Below are positions 6,590 to 14,919 of a DNA stretch of 27,367 nucleotides, in pieces (the stretch's first letter is position 1; the number at the start of each line of letters is the position of its first letter). A program made the position numbers and the translations under genes. The notes beneath the pieces are model-generated. The model ran no database searches and had not been told where the DNA came from. It saw nothing but the letters and a program-made list of their open reading frames with translations. Origin of the DNA: a virus (lineage: Duplodnaviria; Caudoviricetes); IMG/VR virus record IMGVR_UViG_3300025288_000092, positions 1 to 27,367 of that record; one strand, given 5' to 3'.

Positions 6590-8388
6590 GGACGCATTCA
6601 CTTTTGCAAGGAAGTCCCGAGTGGCTGGCCTATCGCTCTACACACTTCAACGCCAGCGATACGCCCGCCATGCTGGGTGTGAGCCCTTACAAAACCCGCA
6701 CCGAACTGCTGCATGAACTGCATACCGGCCTGAGCGCTGAAATTGACGCAGCCACGCAACGCCGGTTTGACTTGGGCCACGCTGCCGAGGCCGCAGCCCG
6801 ACCGCTGGCAGAGTCTGAGATTGGCGAAGACCTGTATCCGGTTGTGGGATCGCTTGAGATTGACGGCCTTCCTCTGTCTGCTAGCTTTGACGGCTTGACC
6901 ATGGCAGAAGACATCGTCTGGGAGCACAAGCTGATGAATGTCAATCTGGCCGAAAGCCTGGCTGACGGAATCATCCCTGACATCTACCACCCCCAGCTTG
7001 AGCAGCAACTGATGGTGAGCGGCGCAAAAAAGGCCCTATTCATGGCTACCAGCGCTGACAAAACGGCCATGGAGTGCGTTTGGTACACCAGTCGGCCAGA
7101 GTTGCGCGCCGCCATTTTGCAAGGCTGGACCCAGTTCGCTATTGATCTGGAAAACTACGTACCGCAAGCCGCTGAAGTCAAAGCCGTGGCCGCCCCGCAG
7201 TTCGGCCTTCCAGCAGTCAGCATTCAGGTAAACGGGTCAATCGCCCTAATTGATAACCTTCAAGCATTTGGCACGGCTCTGACGGCCTACGTTGAGAAAA
7301 TCAACCTAAAGCCCGAAACAGATCAGGACTTCGCTGATTTGGAAACCACGGTTAAAACCCTGAAAAATGCCGAGGATGCGCTTGATGCCGCCGAGTCCGG
7401 CGCACTGGCGCAGACTGAAAGTATTGACGCCATGCGGCGCACTGTGGCCATGTACCGCGACACGGCACGCACAAGTCGCTTGATGGTTGACAAACTGGTC
7501 AAGATTGAGAAAGAGCAGAGGAAAATGGTCATCGTGCGCGATGCGGTGAATGCGCTAGACGAACACACAAAGGCGCTTAATGCCCGCATTGGCGACACCA
7601 TCATGCCGCAAATCACGGGTGATTTTGCAGGCGCGGTGAAGGGCTTGAAAAGCATTGACTCGATGCGCGACAAGGTAAATACGGAACTGGCGCGCTGCAA
7701 GATCGAGGCGAACGCCATTGCCGACAAGATCACGGCAAACCTGAAGGCCATCAATGATCAGCCTGCCTTTGAGTTTCTGTTTTTTGACAAGCGCAGCCTG
7801 GCATTGAAAGAGCCTGAGTTTGTCGAAATGGCTGTGAAAAACCGTATTTCAGACCACCAAGCGAAGGAGGTCGCACGAATCGCAGCAGAAACTGCCCGCA
7901 TTGCCGAGCAGGAGCGACTCAAAGCGCAGGCCACCGAGCGCGCCCGCGCTGATGCAGAGATTGCCGCAGCGACAGCCAAAGCTCAATCTGAAGCTAAAGC
8001 CCAGGCCGACGCAGATGCAAAACGGGCCATCGACGAAGTCATAGCCAAGGCACGGGAGCTGGACTACATGGCAAAAATTGACACATCAAGAATGATGCAT
8101 AACGCCAGCGGACAACCTGACAAAGTGCCAGTTTTAATTGACGTAGCGCCAGTTTTCATTGACAAGGCGGAAAGTAAAGACAGCCCTTTGAGCCCACCCA
8201 CCCTGCGCCTGGGCCAAATATGCGAGCGGCTGGGCTTCAACTTGACCGCCGATTTCATGCGTCAGTTGGGCTTTGAGCCAGCCGCCACAGAAAAAGCGGC
8301 CAAGCTGTACCACGAGAACGACTTCCCCCGCATGTGCGCTGCTCTGGTGCGTCATATTCAAAGCGTGTTGCAAGGGGGTGCATTGTGA
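6586..8388 (+). CDS. YqaJ/lambda-exonuclease-family nuclease with long coiled-coil C-terminal extension
   Basis: QGSPEWLAYR..ASD..GVSPYKT..ASFDGL..WEHK..Y.PQLEQQLMV motifs. Coupled to bet. Confidence 0.9.
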   Translation: MRTHSLLQGSPEWLAYRSTHFNASDTPAMLGVSPYKTRTELLHELHTGLSAEIDAATQRRFDLGHAAEAAARPLAESEIGEDLYPVVGSLEIDGLPLSASFDGLTMAEDIVWEHKLMNVNLAESLADGIIPDIYHPQLEQQLMVSGAKKALFMATSADKTAMECVWYTSRPELRAAILQGWTQFAIDLENYVPQAAEVKAVAAPQFGLPAVSIQVNGSIALIDNLQAFGTALTAYVEKINLKPETDQDFADLETTVKTLKNAEDALDAAESGALAQTESIDAMRRTVAMYRDTARTSRLMVDKLVKIEKEQRKMVIVRDAVNALDEHTKALNARIGDTIMPQITGDFAGAVKGLKSIDSMRDKVNTELARCKIEANAIADKITANLKAINDQPAFEFLFFDKRSLALKEPEFVEMAVKNRISDHQAKEVARIAAETARIAEQERLKAQATERARADAEIAAATAKAQSEAKAQADADAKRAIDEVIAKARELDYMAKIDTSRMMHNASGQPDKVPVLIDVAPVFIDKAESKDSPLSPPTLRLGQICERLGFNLTADFMRQLGFEPAATEKAAKLYHENDFPRMCAALVRHIQSVLQGGAL

Positions 8389-8924
8389 GCCGCAAAACCT
8401 CAAAATTCATGCGCAAGCGCACCGCCCAAGGCAGCATCATCGGCGGCATCTTGTTTTGCAAGCGCAACGCATGGCTGGAGCGTATCAAGTTCAGCCAGGC
8501 GTACAACAACGAGAGCATATGCGGCGAAACCCCAAGCGGACAAATTGCTGACGCAGCCGTGGCCAATGCGCAACTGGCCTTGCAAAAGCTGGTGAACCGG
8601 GCCGTGGAGAAATCCAACACCGAGCCGCACGACTTGCTGGCCCACTGCATTGGTATCACGCAAATCCGCGTGCTTGATATGGGCGGGGTGAATGCCAATG
8701 ACGCTATGGAGCGACTCAACCTTGCTGCATCCTCACTACTCAGGACGCGCCAACGCTGGGAGCGCACCGGGCAATGGGGTCTTGATGGCCCGGCCATCAC
8801 CGATCTGCGTGATGCGCTTGATATTTACGAAGCCATTTTGCGCGGCAGCAGCCCGCAGCTGATGGAAAACGCCCAGATGGTTAGGCTTGACCATGTGAAA
8901 CGGGCGCAGGGGGTGGCGGCATGA
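8385..8924 (+). CDS. Hypothetical phage protein
   Basis: GTG 8385 overlaps the exonuclease stop (GTGA) with a GGGGG SD; 179 aa. Confidence 0.7.
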   Translation: MSRKTSKFMRKRTAQGSIIGGILFCKRNAWLERIKFSQAYNNESICGETPSGQIADAAVANAQLALQKLVNRAVEKSNTEPHDLLAHCIGITQIRVLDMGGVNANDAMERLNLAASSLLRTRQRWERTGQWGLDGPAITDLRDALDIYEAILRGSSPQLMENAQMVRLDHVKRAQGVAA

Positions 8925-9061
8925 AAACCAAAAAACAAAACACCGCCACAGCTTGCATCGTCTGTATCAGGCTACCTCAGACATTGCGACAGGCATGCGT
9001 AAGGTATACGCAGAAAACGACATGCCCAGCCGCATGGGTTTGGAATAGGAGTCGGTCATGA
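8921..9061 (+). CDS. Small basic hypothetical protein (46 aa)
   Basis: MKTKKQNTATACIVCIRLPQ..; ATGA overlaps at both ends exactly fill the gap. Confidence 0.5.
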   Translation: MKTKKQNTATACIVCIRLPQTLRQACVRYTQKTTCPAAWVWNRSRS

Positions 9062-9288
9062 GCAATATTGAAATGCTGGAAATATACAAAGCCGAGGCCA
9101 TGGAGCAGTTGGGGGAAAACGACCGTGTTATCCAGGCTCAAAGAGAGCGTATTGCAGATTTGGAGTACCACCTAAGGCGCTGCCAAGATGCTGCCTATCA
9201 AATGTATTACGCCACTGCAAATGTGTTGCCAACCGAATACGTGCCAGATGTCGTGCCAACCAAAGCAAAAAAGAGGGCTAAAGCATGA
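9058..9288 (+). CDS. Hypothetical coiled-coil protein
   Basis: 76 aa, AGGAG SD, coupled to the next gene. Confidence 0.7.
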   Translation: MSNIEMLEIYKAEAMEQLGENDRVIQAQRERIADLEYHLRRCQDAAYQMYYATANVLPTEYVPDVVPTKAKKRAKA

Positions 9289-9770
9289 GCGCATACAAAA
9301 AAGCCGCAAAGATGGCGCATGAGGATATGGATCACCTGATCTGGCATGCCAGCACTTGCAACGGGCATCCTGCGATGCGGTGGGGTAAAAAAATCGTATT
9401 GGTGCGCCGCATCATTTGGCAAGAGCTGCACGGAGCCATTGCGCCAGGAAAGATTGTGCGGGTGACGTGTGGCGACGTGCGCTGCATAAACCCAAAGCAC
9501 ATGATGCTTACTGACTACAGCCAACTAGCAAAGTCTCTAGGCTCGGTAGTGATGGCTGGACCAGTACGCAGCGCTGCTATCGCCAAAACCAAACAGGCCA
9601 AGTCAGTCATGCTCAACCATGCCATGGTAAAGCTTATCCGCACCAGCGATTTAACAGGCGTGGCGCTGGAAAAAAAGTACGGCATCAGCCAAAACCTGAT
9701 AAGCAAGGTACGCACCTACAAGTGCTGGAAAGAGTGGGGCAACAACCCATTTTATGGGCTTGGAGGCTGA
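9285..9770 (+). CDS. Degenerate HNH-like protein with C-terminal HTH
   Basis: VRRIIWQELHGAIAPGKIVRVTCGDVRCINPKH resembles phage HNH proteins but lacks the first His. GVALEKKYGISQNLISKVR is an HTH. Confidence 0.7.
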   Translation: MSAYKKAAKMAHEDMDHLIWHASTCNGHPAMRWGKKIVLVRRIIWQELHGAIAPGKIVRVTCGDVRCINPKHMMLTDYSQLAKSLGSVVMAGPVRSAAIAKTKQAKSVMLNHAMVKLIRTSDLTGVALEKKYGISQNLISKVRTYKCWKEWGNNPFYGLGG

Positions 9771-9771
9771 T

Positions 9772-9864
9772 ATGAATGAAAGCTATTGGAGTCTGATCGG
9801 CGCGGTTGTAGCAACGCTTGCACTGTCGTGGATTGGGGTATTAATTGCGGAGGCACTTGTATGA
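9772..9864 (+). CDS. Small membrane peptide (30 aa)
   Basis: MNESYWSLIGAVVATLALSWIGVLIAEALV, GGAGG SD, ATGA overlap with the next ORF. Confidence 0.6.
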   Translation: MNESYWSLIGAVVATLALSWIGVLIAEALV

Positions 9865-10133
9865 CAAAAATCAATAAGCTGCACCAGTGGCTATTGGCAC
9901 ATGGGGATTGGGTCTATTTGGCAGAAGTCCCTTGCCATGAATTTGGCATGAGCTTGGCTAGTTGCAGCTCTGCCCTCATCGCTTTAGTCAACACAAGACG
10001 GGCAGATTACAGAATTGTTCGGCTAAAGCAATACCGTGGCAAACCAGGGCCACACCATAGCGCAAGTCAAAAAATAACGGAGCAAAGCAATGCAAACAAC
10101 CCTGAACAAAATACGCGCCCACAGTCCCTGTAA
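9861..10133 (+). CDS. Hypothetical protein, possibly winged-helix-like
   Basis: ATG 9861 with GGAGG SD, within ORF 9786..10133. Confidence 0.6.
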   Translation: MTKINKLHQWLLAHGDWVYLAEVPCHEFGMSLASCSSALIALVNTRRADYRIVRLKQYRGKPGPHHSASQKITEQSNANNPEQNTRPQSL

Positions 10134-10722
10134 AGAGGGATGGGAAAAGCTACTTAAGAACCTCGGAAAAACCAAGGCTGATGACGAGCCGCTGTCGCTG
10201 CTAACGATTCTTGACAGCAACGGGCTGGACGATGCGCTCTGGTGTTTTAGAGCTATCGAGGGGCGGGACAAAGAAATCAGGCTATACGCAGTCTGGTGCG
10301 CACGACAAGTCCAGCACTTGATGAAAGACCCGCGTAGCCTGGCGGCGTTGGACGTAGCAGAAAGGTTCGCCAACGGTGAAGCTACAGAAGAGGAACTGGC
10401 CGAAGCAGAGGATGCGGAGTTTGGTGCTGCGTCTGGTGCGACGTTTGGTGCTGCGTCTGGCGCGGCGAGAAATGCGGCGAGGGGTGCGGCGAGAAATGCG
10501 GCGAGGGGTGCGGCGTGGGGTGCGGCGTTTGGTGCGGCGAGGGGTGCGGCGAGGGGTGCGGCATGGGGTGCGGCGTGGGGTGCGGCGTTTGGTGCGGCGA
10601 GTGATGCGGCGTGGGATGCGGCGTGGGATGCGGCGTGGGATGCGGCGTGGGGTGCGGCTAGGGATGCACAAGCCGCACGGTTACGTGAAGTGTGTGATGA
10701 AGTACAAGGGGCAAAGCAATGA
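10090..10722 (+). CDS. Phage protein with Ala-rich tetrapeptide repeats (x-G/D/N-A-A)
   Basis: Globular N-terminus TTLNKIRAHSPC..GWEKLL..DDALWC..ALDVAERFANG, then 21 tetrapeptide repeats. GGAG SD. Confidence 0.8.
   Translation: MQTTLNKIRAHSPCKEGWEKLLKNLGKTKADDEPLSLLTILDSNGLDDALWCFRAIEGRDKEIRLYAVWCARQVQHLMKDPRSLAALDVAERFANGEATEEELAEAEDAEFGAASGATFGAASGAARNAARGAARNAARGAAWGAAFGAARGAARGAAWGAAWGAAFGAASDAAWDAAWDAAWDAAWGAARDAQAARLREVCDEVQGAKQ
10420..10671 (+). repeat. 12-bp imperfect tandem repeat NNN-G(G/A)TGCGGCG, about 21 units
   Basis: Counted directly from the sequence and translation. Confidence 0.9.
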
Positions 10723-11255
10723 GCATTAAAACTGTCACAGACAGAGAACGCGAACTTGAAGCTGCACTTGCCGAAGAGCAGCGTATCAACGGCATGGGGG
10801 CCGAACGTGAATACGTGTTGCAAGGGCAAGTCACTCAACTTACCCGCCGAGTAGAACTTTGCGTACAAGCCCTGGTGGCTAGAGAAAAAGAGCTTGATGA
10901 ATTGCAATATAAGCTTGCAGTAGATGCACGCACAAGCGAGATATTGATTGAAGGCGCAAATGCCTCGGCCACGAGGGCGTGGGCAGAGCGGGGCGCGATC
11001 AAGGCGCAACTTGGAGACCTGACTGAATCACAAGCGGCTATGTTGCAAGAGATCAAGACGCTTAAAGAAGCGATAAGCCTGGCGTATGGGCATTTATGGC
11101 ACATCAACACGGAGATGCTTGCGCCGGTGGCGCTGTATCCACCAGACCAAGCTGCAAGCGCTGCGCGCAAATCTCTTTCTTCTGTCATGACACACAACGA
11201 AAAAGGAAATGCAATCGATGCGTTTCGTCTGGCAATGGAAGGAGAAAAATCTTGA
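10719..11255 (+). CDS. Hypothetical coiled-coil phage protein
   Basis: 178 aa, ATGA-coupled to the upstream gene. Confidence 0.7.
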   Translation: MSIKTVTDRERELEAALAEEQRINGMGAEREYVLQGQVTQLTRRVELCVQALVAREKELDELQYKLAVDARTSEILIEGANASATRAWAERGAIKAQLGDLTESQAAMLQEIKTLKEAISLAYGHLWHINTEMLAPVALYPPDQAASAARKSLSSVMTHNEKGNAIDAFRLAMEGEKS

Positions 11256-11680
11256 AAATATGCCGCGTCTGCAACCTGCCAAAAACCAATTATTTGGTTG
11301 TCAAAAATTATGAAATGAAGATGTGTCACGACTGCTACAAAGCGCAGCGCAGAGCATCACATGCAAAAGTAAAAGATGCCAGAAACGCCGTGGCTTTGCA
11401 GCGATACCACGCCAACCACAATGGCACAAAAGACAAACACCATGCCAGAACGGCTCAACGGTATCGAGAGCAAGGCGCGCAAGTAAGGGTGTGGTTTGAG
11501 TCTTTGCCGATTGAAGAAAGGCGAAGGATTGCGCGTGAAAAGCAGGCACGCTACAGAGCCAATCTAACTGACTCTTACGTCAGGCGGCACGTCACAACCA
11601 AAGTCCAAGTGCCGCAGTCGCTGATTGAATCAAAACGTTTACAAATCCAAATCCAAAGGTACTGCCATGAAAAATTGTAA
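11252..11680 (+). CDS. Basic protein with N-terminal CxxC..CxxC zinc-binding motif
   Basis: TTG 11252 overlaps the upstream stop, GGAG SD. KICRVC..MCHDC followed by Arg-rich helices. Confidence 0.7.
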   Translation: MKICRVCNLPKTNYLVVKNYEMKMCHDCYKAQRRASHAKVKDARNAVALQRYHANHNGTKDKHHARTAQRYREQGAQVRVWFESLPIEERRRIAREKQARYRANLTDSYVRRHVTTKVQVPQSLIESKRLQIQIQRYCHEKL

Positions 11681-11879
11681 TGAGCTAAGAGATGAACTTG
11701 CGGTGATTTTTGCCCAGCTTAAAGCCGGCGCAATTAAGCCAACAGAGGCGGCTGAATTTGCCAACCTTGCTGGAAAAATGATTAACTCAGCAAAGGTGCA
11801 AGTCGAGTATTACGCCCTGCGGAAAGAAACGCCAGAAATTAGATTTTTGGATGGCGATAAACAAGGTGGTGAGAAATGA
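11667..11879 (+). CDS. Small helical phage protein
   Basis: MKNCNELRDEL..ANLAGKMINSAKVQVEY, AAGG SD, overlaps the upstream gene. Confidence 0.75.
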   Translation: MKNCNELRDELAVIFAQLKAGAIKPTEAAEFANLAGKMINSAKVQVEYYALRKETPEIRFLDGDKQGGEK

Positions 11880-12010
11880 GCCTAATTGACTGCATTCTTT
11901 TGGTTTCCCTTTCATTTGTTTTTGTCGTCGCAGCAATAGCTACAGTTGTTTTTATAACAGAGGACTGTGAGCACTTATTAGCGCGAGGCGAAGGACAAGG
12001 CCATGATTAA
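11876..12010 (+). CDS. Small membrane protein (44 aa)
   Basis: MSLIDCILLVSLSFVFVVAAIATVVFITE..; overlaps both neighbours. Confidence 0.55.
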   Translation: MSLIDCILLVSLSFVFVVAAIATVVFITEDCEHLLARGEGQGHD

Positions 12011-12368
12011 GTGGCTAAATAATAAATGGAAGGTTTACGCCATCCAGCAGTTTTTAAATAACAAGCTGTCAGAGGACGAGGCTGTTGATCTTTGGAACGC
12101 GCTGGAGAAGGCTGCATCTTCTGAAGAAGTGGCGGTTATTGAAAAAGACACCACCCGACGTGAGCCCTATAAAGGCATCCCGGAGATGGAGTTTAAATTC
12201 CAGGTAATTAATACAGCCCGTGACTGTCAACGAGTTGACGATAAATACAAGACATACCTATGGGCATGGGTTGATGAGCACGGTAACTTTATAGAAACAA
12301 GCGCAATCGAAACAGACCTGCATACTGTTTTGCTGTGCAGAGAAAACAAAGGGAAACGTTATGAATAA
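12003..12368 (+). CDS. Hypothetical protein, tandem paralog A
   Basis: 121 aa, about half identical to the next ORF. Confidence 0.8.
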   Translation: MIKWLNNKWKVYAIQQFLNNKLSEDEAVDLWNALEKAASSEEVAVIEKDTTRREPYKGIPEMEFKFQVINTARDCQRVDDKYKTYLWAWVDEHGNFIETSAIETDLHTVLLCRENKGKRYE

Positions 12369-12717
12369 CAAGTGGAAAATTTTTGCTATCCAACAGTTTT
12401 TCAGCCACGACCCAACATCGGGCGAAGCTGTTGATTTATGGGATGCACTAGATCGAGCCCTATCTGCAGCAGAGGTGATGGCTATTGAAGAAAACACAAT
12501 CCGCTGGGAGTTTTATGAAGGTGTCTTTACGCCGGAGTTTAGAAGTCTGGTGGTTGATACGGCTCGTATCTGCCAGCAGCTTGAAAATGAGTCCACGCCG
12601 TATCTCTGGGCGTGGATAAATGAAAAAAATGAGCTTATAGAAGTAAGCGCATTTGAGACAACCAGGCATAACGTGCCGTTGTTTAGGCGAAACGGAGCAA
12701 ATCATGAACCATATTAA
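12361..12717 (+). CDS. Hypothetical protein, tandem paralog B
   Basis: 118 aa; shares NNKWK, AIQQF, EAVDLW and YLWAW with the upstream ORF. Confidence 0.8.
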   Translation: MNNKWKIFAIQQFFSHDPTSGEAVDLWDALDRALSAAEVMAIEENTIRWEFYEGVFTPEFRSLVVDTARICQQLENESTPYLWAWINEKNELIEVSAFETTRHNVPLFRRNGANHEPY

Positions 12718-12747
12718 AGTGATGAAAGAAGCTTTACAGGCACTCAA

Positions 12748-12984
12748 ATGATCACGCTATCAAAAACAGAGAAAATTCTTGCTGTTGTGCCAACTTATGC
12801 AAGTGGGCCTGGGTGGTCAAACCGCCTTGCCTCGGTATATATCGGGGACTTTGCTACAAGTAAATTCCGTGTTGAGTATTTGCAACCAGAAGAGCAAAGT
12901 AAAGGCCTCCATACGTTATTTGATATTGGTGCTGCGGCACATGACGCGCTAATTAGCGCTGTTGAAACAAGGGTGAAAAAATGA
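12748..12984 (+). CDS. Hypothetical protein
   Basis: 78-aa ORF in the coupled gene chain. Confidence 0.65.
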   Translation: MITLSKTEKILAVVPTYASGPGWSNRLASVYIGDFATSKFRVEYLQPEEQSKGLHTLFDIGAAAHDALISAVETRVKK

Positions 12985-13199
12985 TCAAACCACCACCACT
13001 ACCAACGCCAACCATTGTTGATGGACGCAGCTTGTACACGTCTGGTGATATGCGCGAGTACGCAAAAAAATACGTTCAAGCAACCATGGTCGCCATTGAT
13101 GTTATTGGTTCGTCCGACATCAATCAAAGTGCAAGCGGGCAGGCTGAAAAGCCCGATGTTGTCAGCGAACTTTTTAAATGTTTCGGGATGAAAAAATGA
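12981..13199 (+). CDS. Hypothetical protein
   Basis: 72 aa, ATGA overlaps at both ends. Confidence 0.65.
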   Translation: MIKPPPLPTPTIVDGRSLYTSGDMREYAKKYVQATMVAIDVIGSSDINQSASGQAEKPDVVSELFKCFGMKK

Positions 13200-13417
13200 G
13201 ATTCAAGCCAGCTTTTTTAGACAAACCAACCGTCGCTGAATATGTCAGCTTGAGCGTTGGCACGCTTGAGCGTATGGTGCAAAAAGGGGCTTTCCCGGGG
13301 CCTCGCAAGATCAGTGATCAACGTGTGGGCTGGTTGGTGTCCGAGGTAGATGATTGGGCAGCAAGTAGGCCACGGTCATCAGGGCTTCCTGTTGCCAACT
13401 GCGCTCGCAATCAGTGA
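13196..13417 (+). CDS. AlpA-family excisionase / recombination directionality factor
   Basis: FLDKPTVAEYVSLSVGTLERMVQKGAFPGPRKISDQRVGWLVSEVDDW is an AlpA signature; adjacent to the integrase. Confidence 0.88.
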   Translation: MRFKPAFLDKPTVAEYVSLSVGTLERMVQKGAFPGPRKISDQRVGWLVSEVDDWAASRPRSSGLPVANCARNQ

Positions 13418-14653
13418 CTCCAGCTTGCCAGACCAAAGCGCAAGCCAATGGCGGCGTTCGGTGTCGTACTTGTTGAGGTTATACACGCCCTGCACACCTG
13501 GCTGGACGTGGCCGAGTATGGATTCTGCAACGTCTGTTGGACACCCCAATTGCGATAGCATGGTGCGCCCTGTGCGCCTGAGATCATGCGGCGACCAGTG
13601 GGTAACAGTCATGCGCTCGCGGATATGATCAGGCCGCGCTCTGCTGTAGGGCTGCATGTAATGCACCTTGCTTTGCATGTAAGTCTGTTTTTGGTGGCCT
13701 ACGACACCAGCACGCGAAACGCTTGGGAACAGCCAGCCATCTTGCAAGCGTAGGCGCTGTACAACCCGCAACGCTGCCCCGACAAGTGGAACTCTCAGGT
13801 CAAAGGCTTTGACCCTGTTTGCGCCTTTTGTTAGCGCTTTTGGTACAGTCCACCACACCCCGTCTGCCTCGTCTGTAATGTGCTGGCTGCGCATTTGCAC
13901 AATCTCTGCGCCCCTGGTACAAGTCCACAACTGGATTGTTAAAAAGTCTTGTACCTGCTGGCTGAAGCGTGGCAGGTCGATGAGCAGCAAGGTGTGAATT
14001 TCAGACTCAGACAGCACCCGCTTGGTCGTGCCTTTACGCTGGCCATCACGCATTGCGCCTTTACTTCGGAGTTTGCCAGATAAGATTTGCCGCCACCAAT
14101 TCGGTGCATCCTCACTCAGTCGGCCAGCGTCTAAGGCCAAATCCCAAGCCCCGCCCAGCTCGTTTCTTACTGATTTTGCCAACACAGGCCGATCTGATAG
14201 GCCACCAATCAGGTCGTAGGCGATGCGCCTGGTGATATCTGTAGCGGGCATGTTGGCAATAGACTGTGTGGCTTTTCGCAGCCTTGCAGCCACTGCGCCT
14301 GCGCCTACAGGCTCGCGGTTGACGTATAGATGCCCGGTTATGTAGTCCTCTATCGCTTGTGCTACGTTGTATATCTGCTCTTTGGCTTTGCGGGCGGCTT
14401 TGCGCTCAATCGCAGGGTCTGTGCCAAGTGATCTTGCATCTTTGATGTCTTGCCATTTTGCAACAGCAGCGGGAAGCGACAAAGCAGGCCATTGCCCGAG
14501 CTTGATTTGTCGCATTGACCCGGCGGCGTTGTATCTGTAAATCCAAGCATGGCCGGATGTGGACGCGACAAGACGTAGCCCTGGAAAATCATCAACGACA
14601 ATGTGCTGCCCAGGCTGCAGCCTCTTTGCTGACCGCGCATCAAACCCCGCCAT
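13379..14653 (-). CDS. int: Tyrosine integrase (P4-like, with N-terminal arm-binding domain)
   Basis: GLRLVA..WIYRY..IKLGQWPALSL arm domain; catalytic TCTRGAEI, HDLRRT, LGH and GVY. ATG 14653 has a GGGGG SD. Confidence 0.93.
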   Translation of the reverse strand: MAGFDARSAKRLQPGQHIVVDDFPGLRLVASTSGHAWIYRYNAAGSMRQIKLGQWPALSLPAAVAKWQDIKDARSLGTDPAIERKAARKAKEQIYNVAQAIEDYITGHLYVNREPVGAGAVAARLRKATQSIANMPATDITRRIAYDLIGGLSDRPVLAKSVRNELGGAWDLALDAGRLSEDAPNWWRQILSGKLRSKGAMRDGQRKGTTKRVLSESEIHTLLLIDLPRFSQQVQDFLTIQLWTCTRGAEIVQMRSQHITDEADGVWWTVPKALTKGANRVKAFDLRVPLVGAALRVVQRLRLQDGWLFPSVSRAGVVGHQKQTYMQSKVHYMQPYSRARPDHIRERMTVTHWSPHDLRRTGRTMLSQLGCPTDVAESILGHVQPGVQGVYNLNKYDTERRHWLALWSGKLESLIASAVGNRKP

Positions 14654-14919
14654 GACAACCCCCGCAAAAAACAACGCTAAAAGCTACGCCAAGGCGTGCA
14701 GTGTATTGCATTATCGCTGCGGTATGGTTGATTATAAAGTTACGCTATATTTCCCAGAAAACTACGCTCACCATTGAGGGATTGGTTGAAAATAGCTTGT
14801 TAAATCAATGACTTGGAAGTGATGAAAAAGCATGAACATTGTGATTCTTGAGCGCAGTATCCCCCAATGAAGAATTGGCAGTATTTTTAAAAGCTACGCT
14901 AAAACCTACGCCAATCATA
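14654..14919. other. Putative attP: six arm-type direct repeats, an IHF site and a candidate core
   Basis: AAA(A/G/C)CTACGC(T/C)-like repeats at 14668, 14679, 14736, 14758, 14889 and 14901. IHF consensus WATCAANNNNTTR = AATCAATGACTTG at 14803-14815. Candidate core about 14831-14851. Confidence 0.75.

Noticed and set aside
10023-11009. Long alternative-frame and antisense ORFs over the 12-bp repeat, and likewise 18100..18474
   Set aside because: Stop-free repeat units keep several frames open; only one frame has an SD, coupling and non-repeat domains.
14654-14919. tRNA or tmRNA fragment as att core
   Set aside because: No T-arm (GTTCGA) or CCA-end-like sequence is present.
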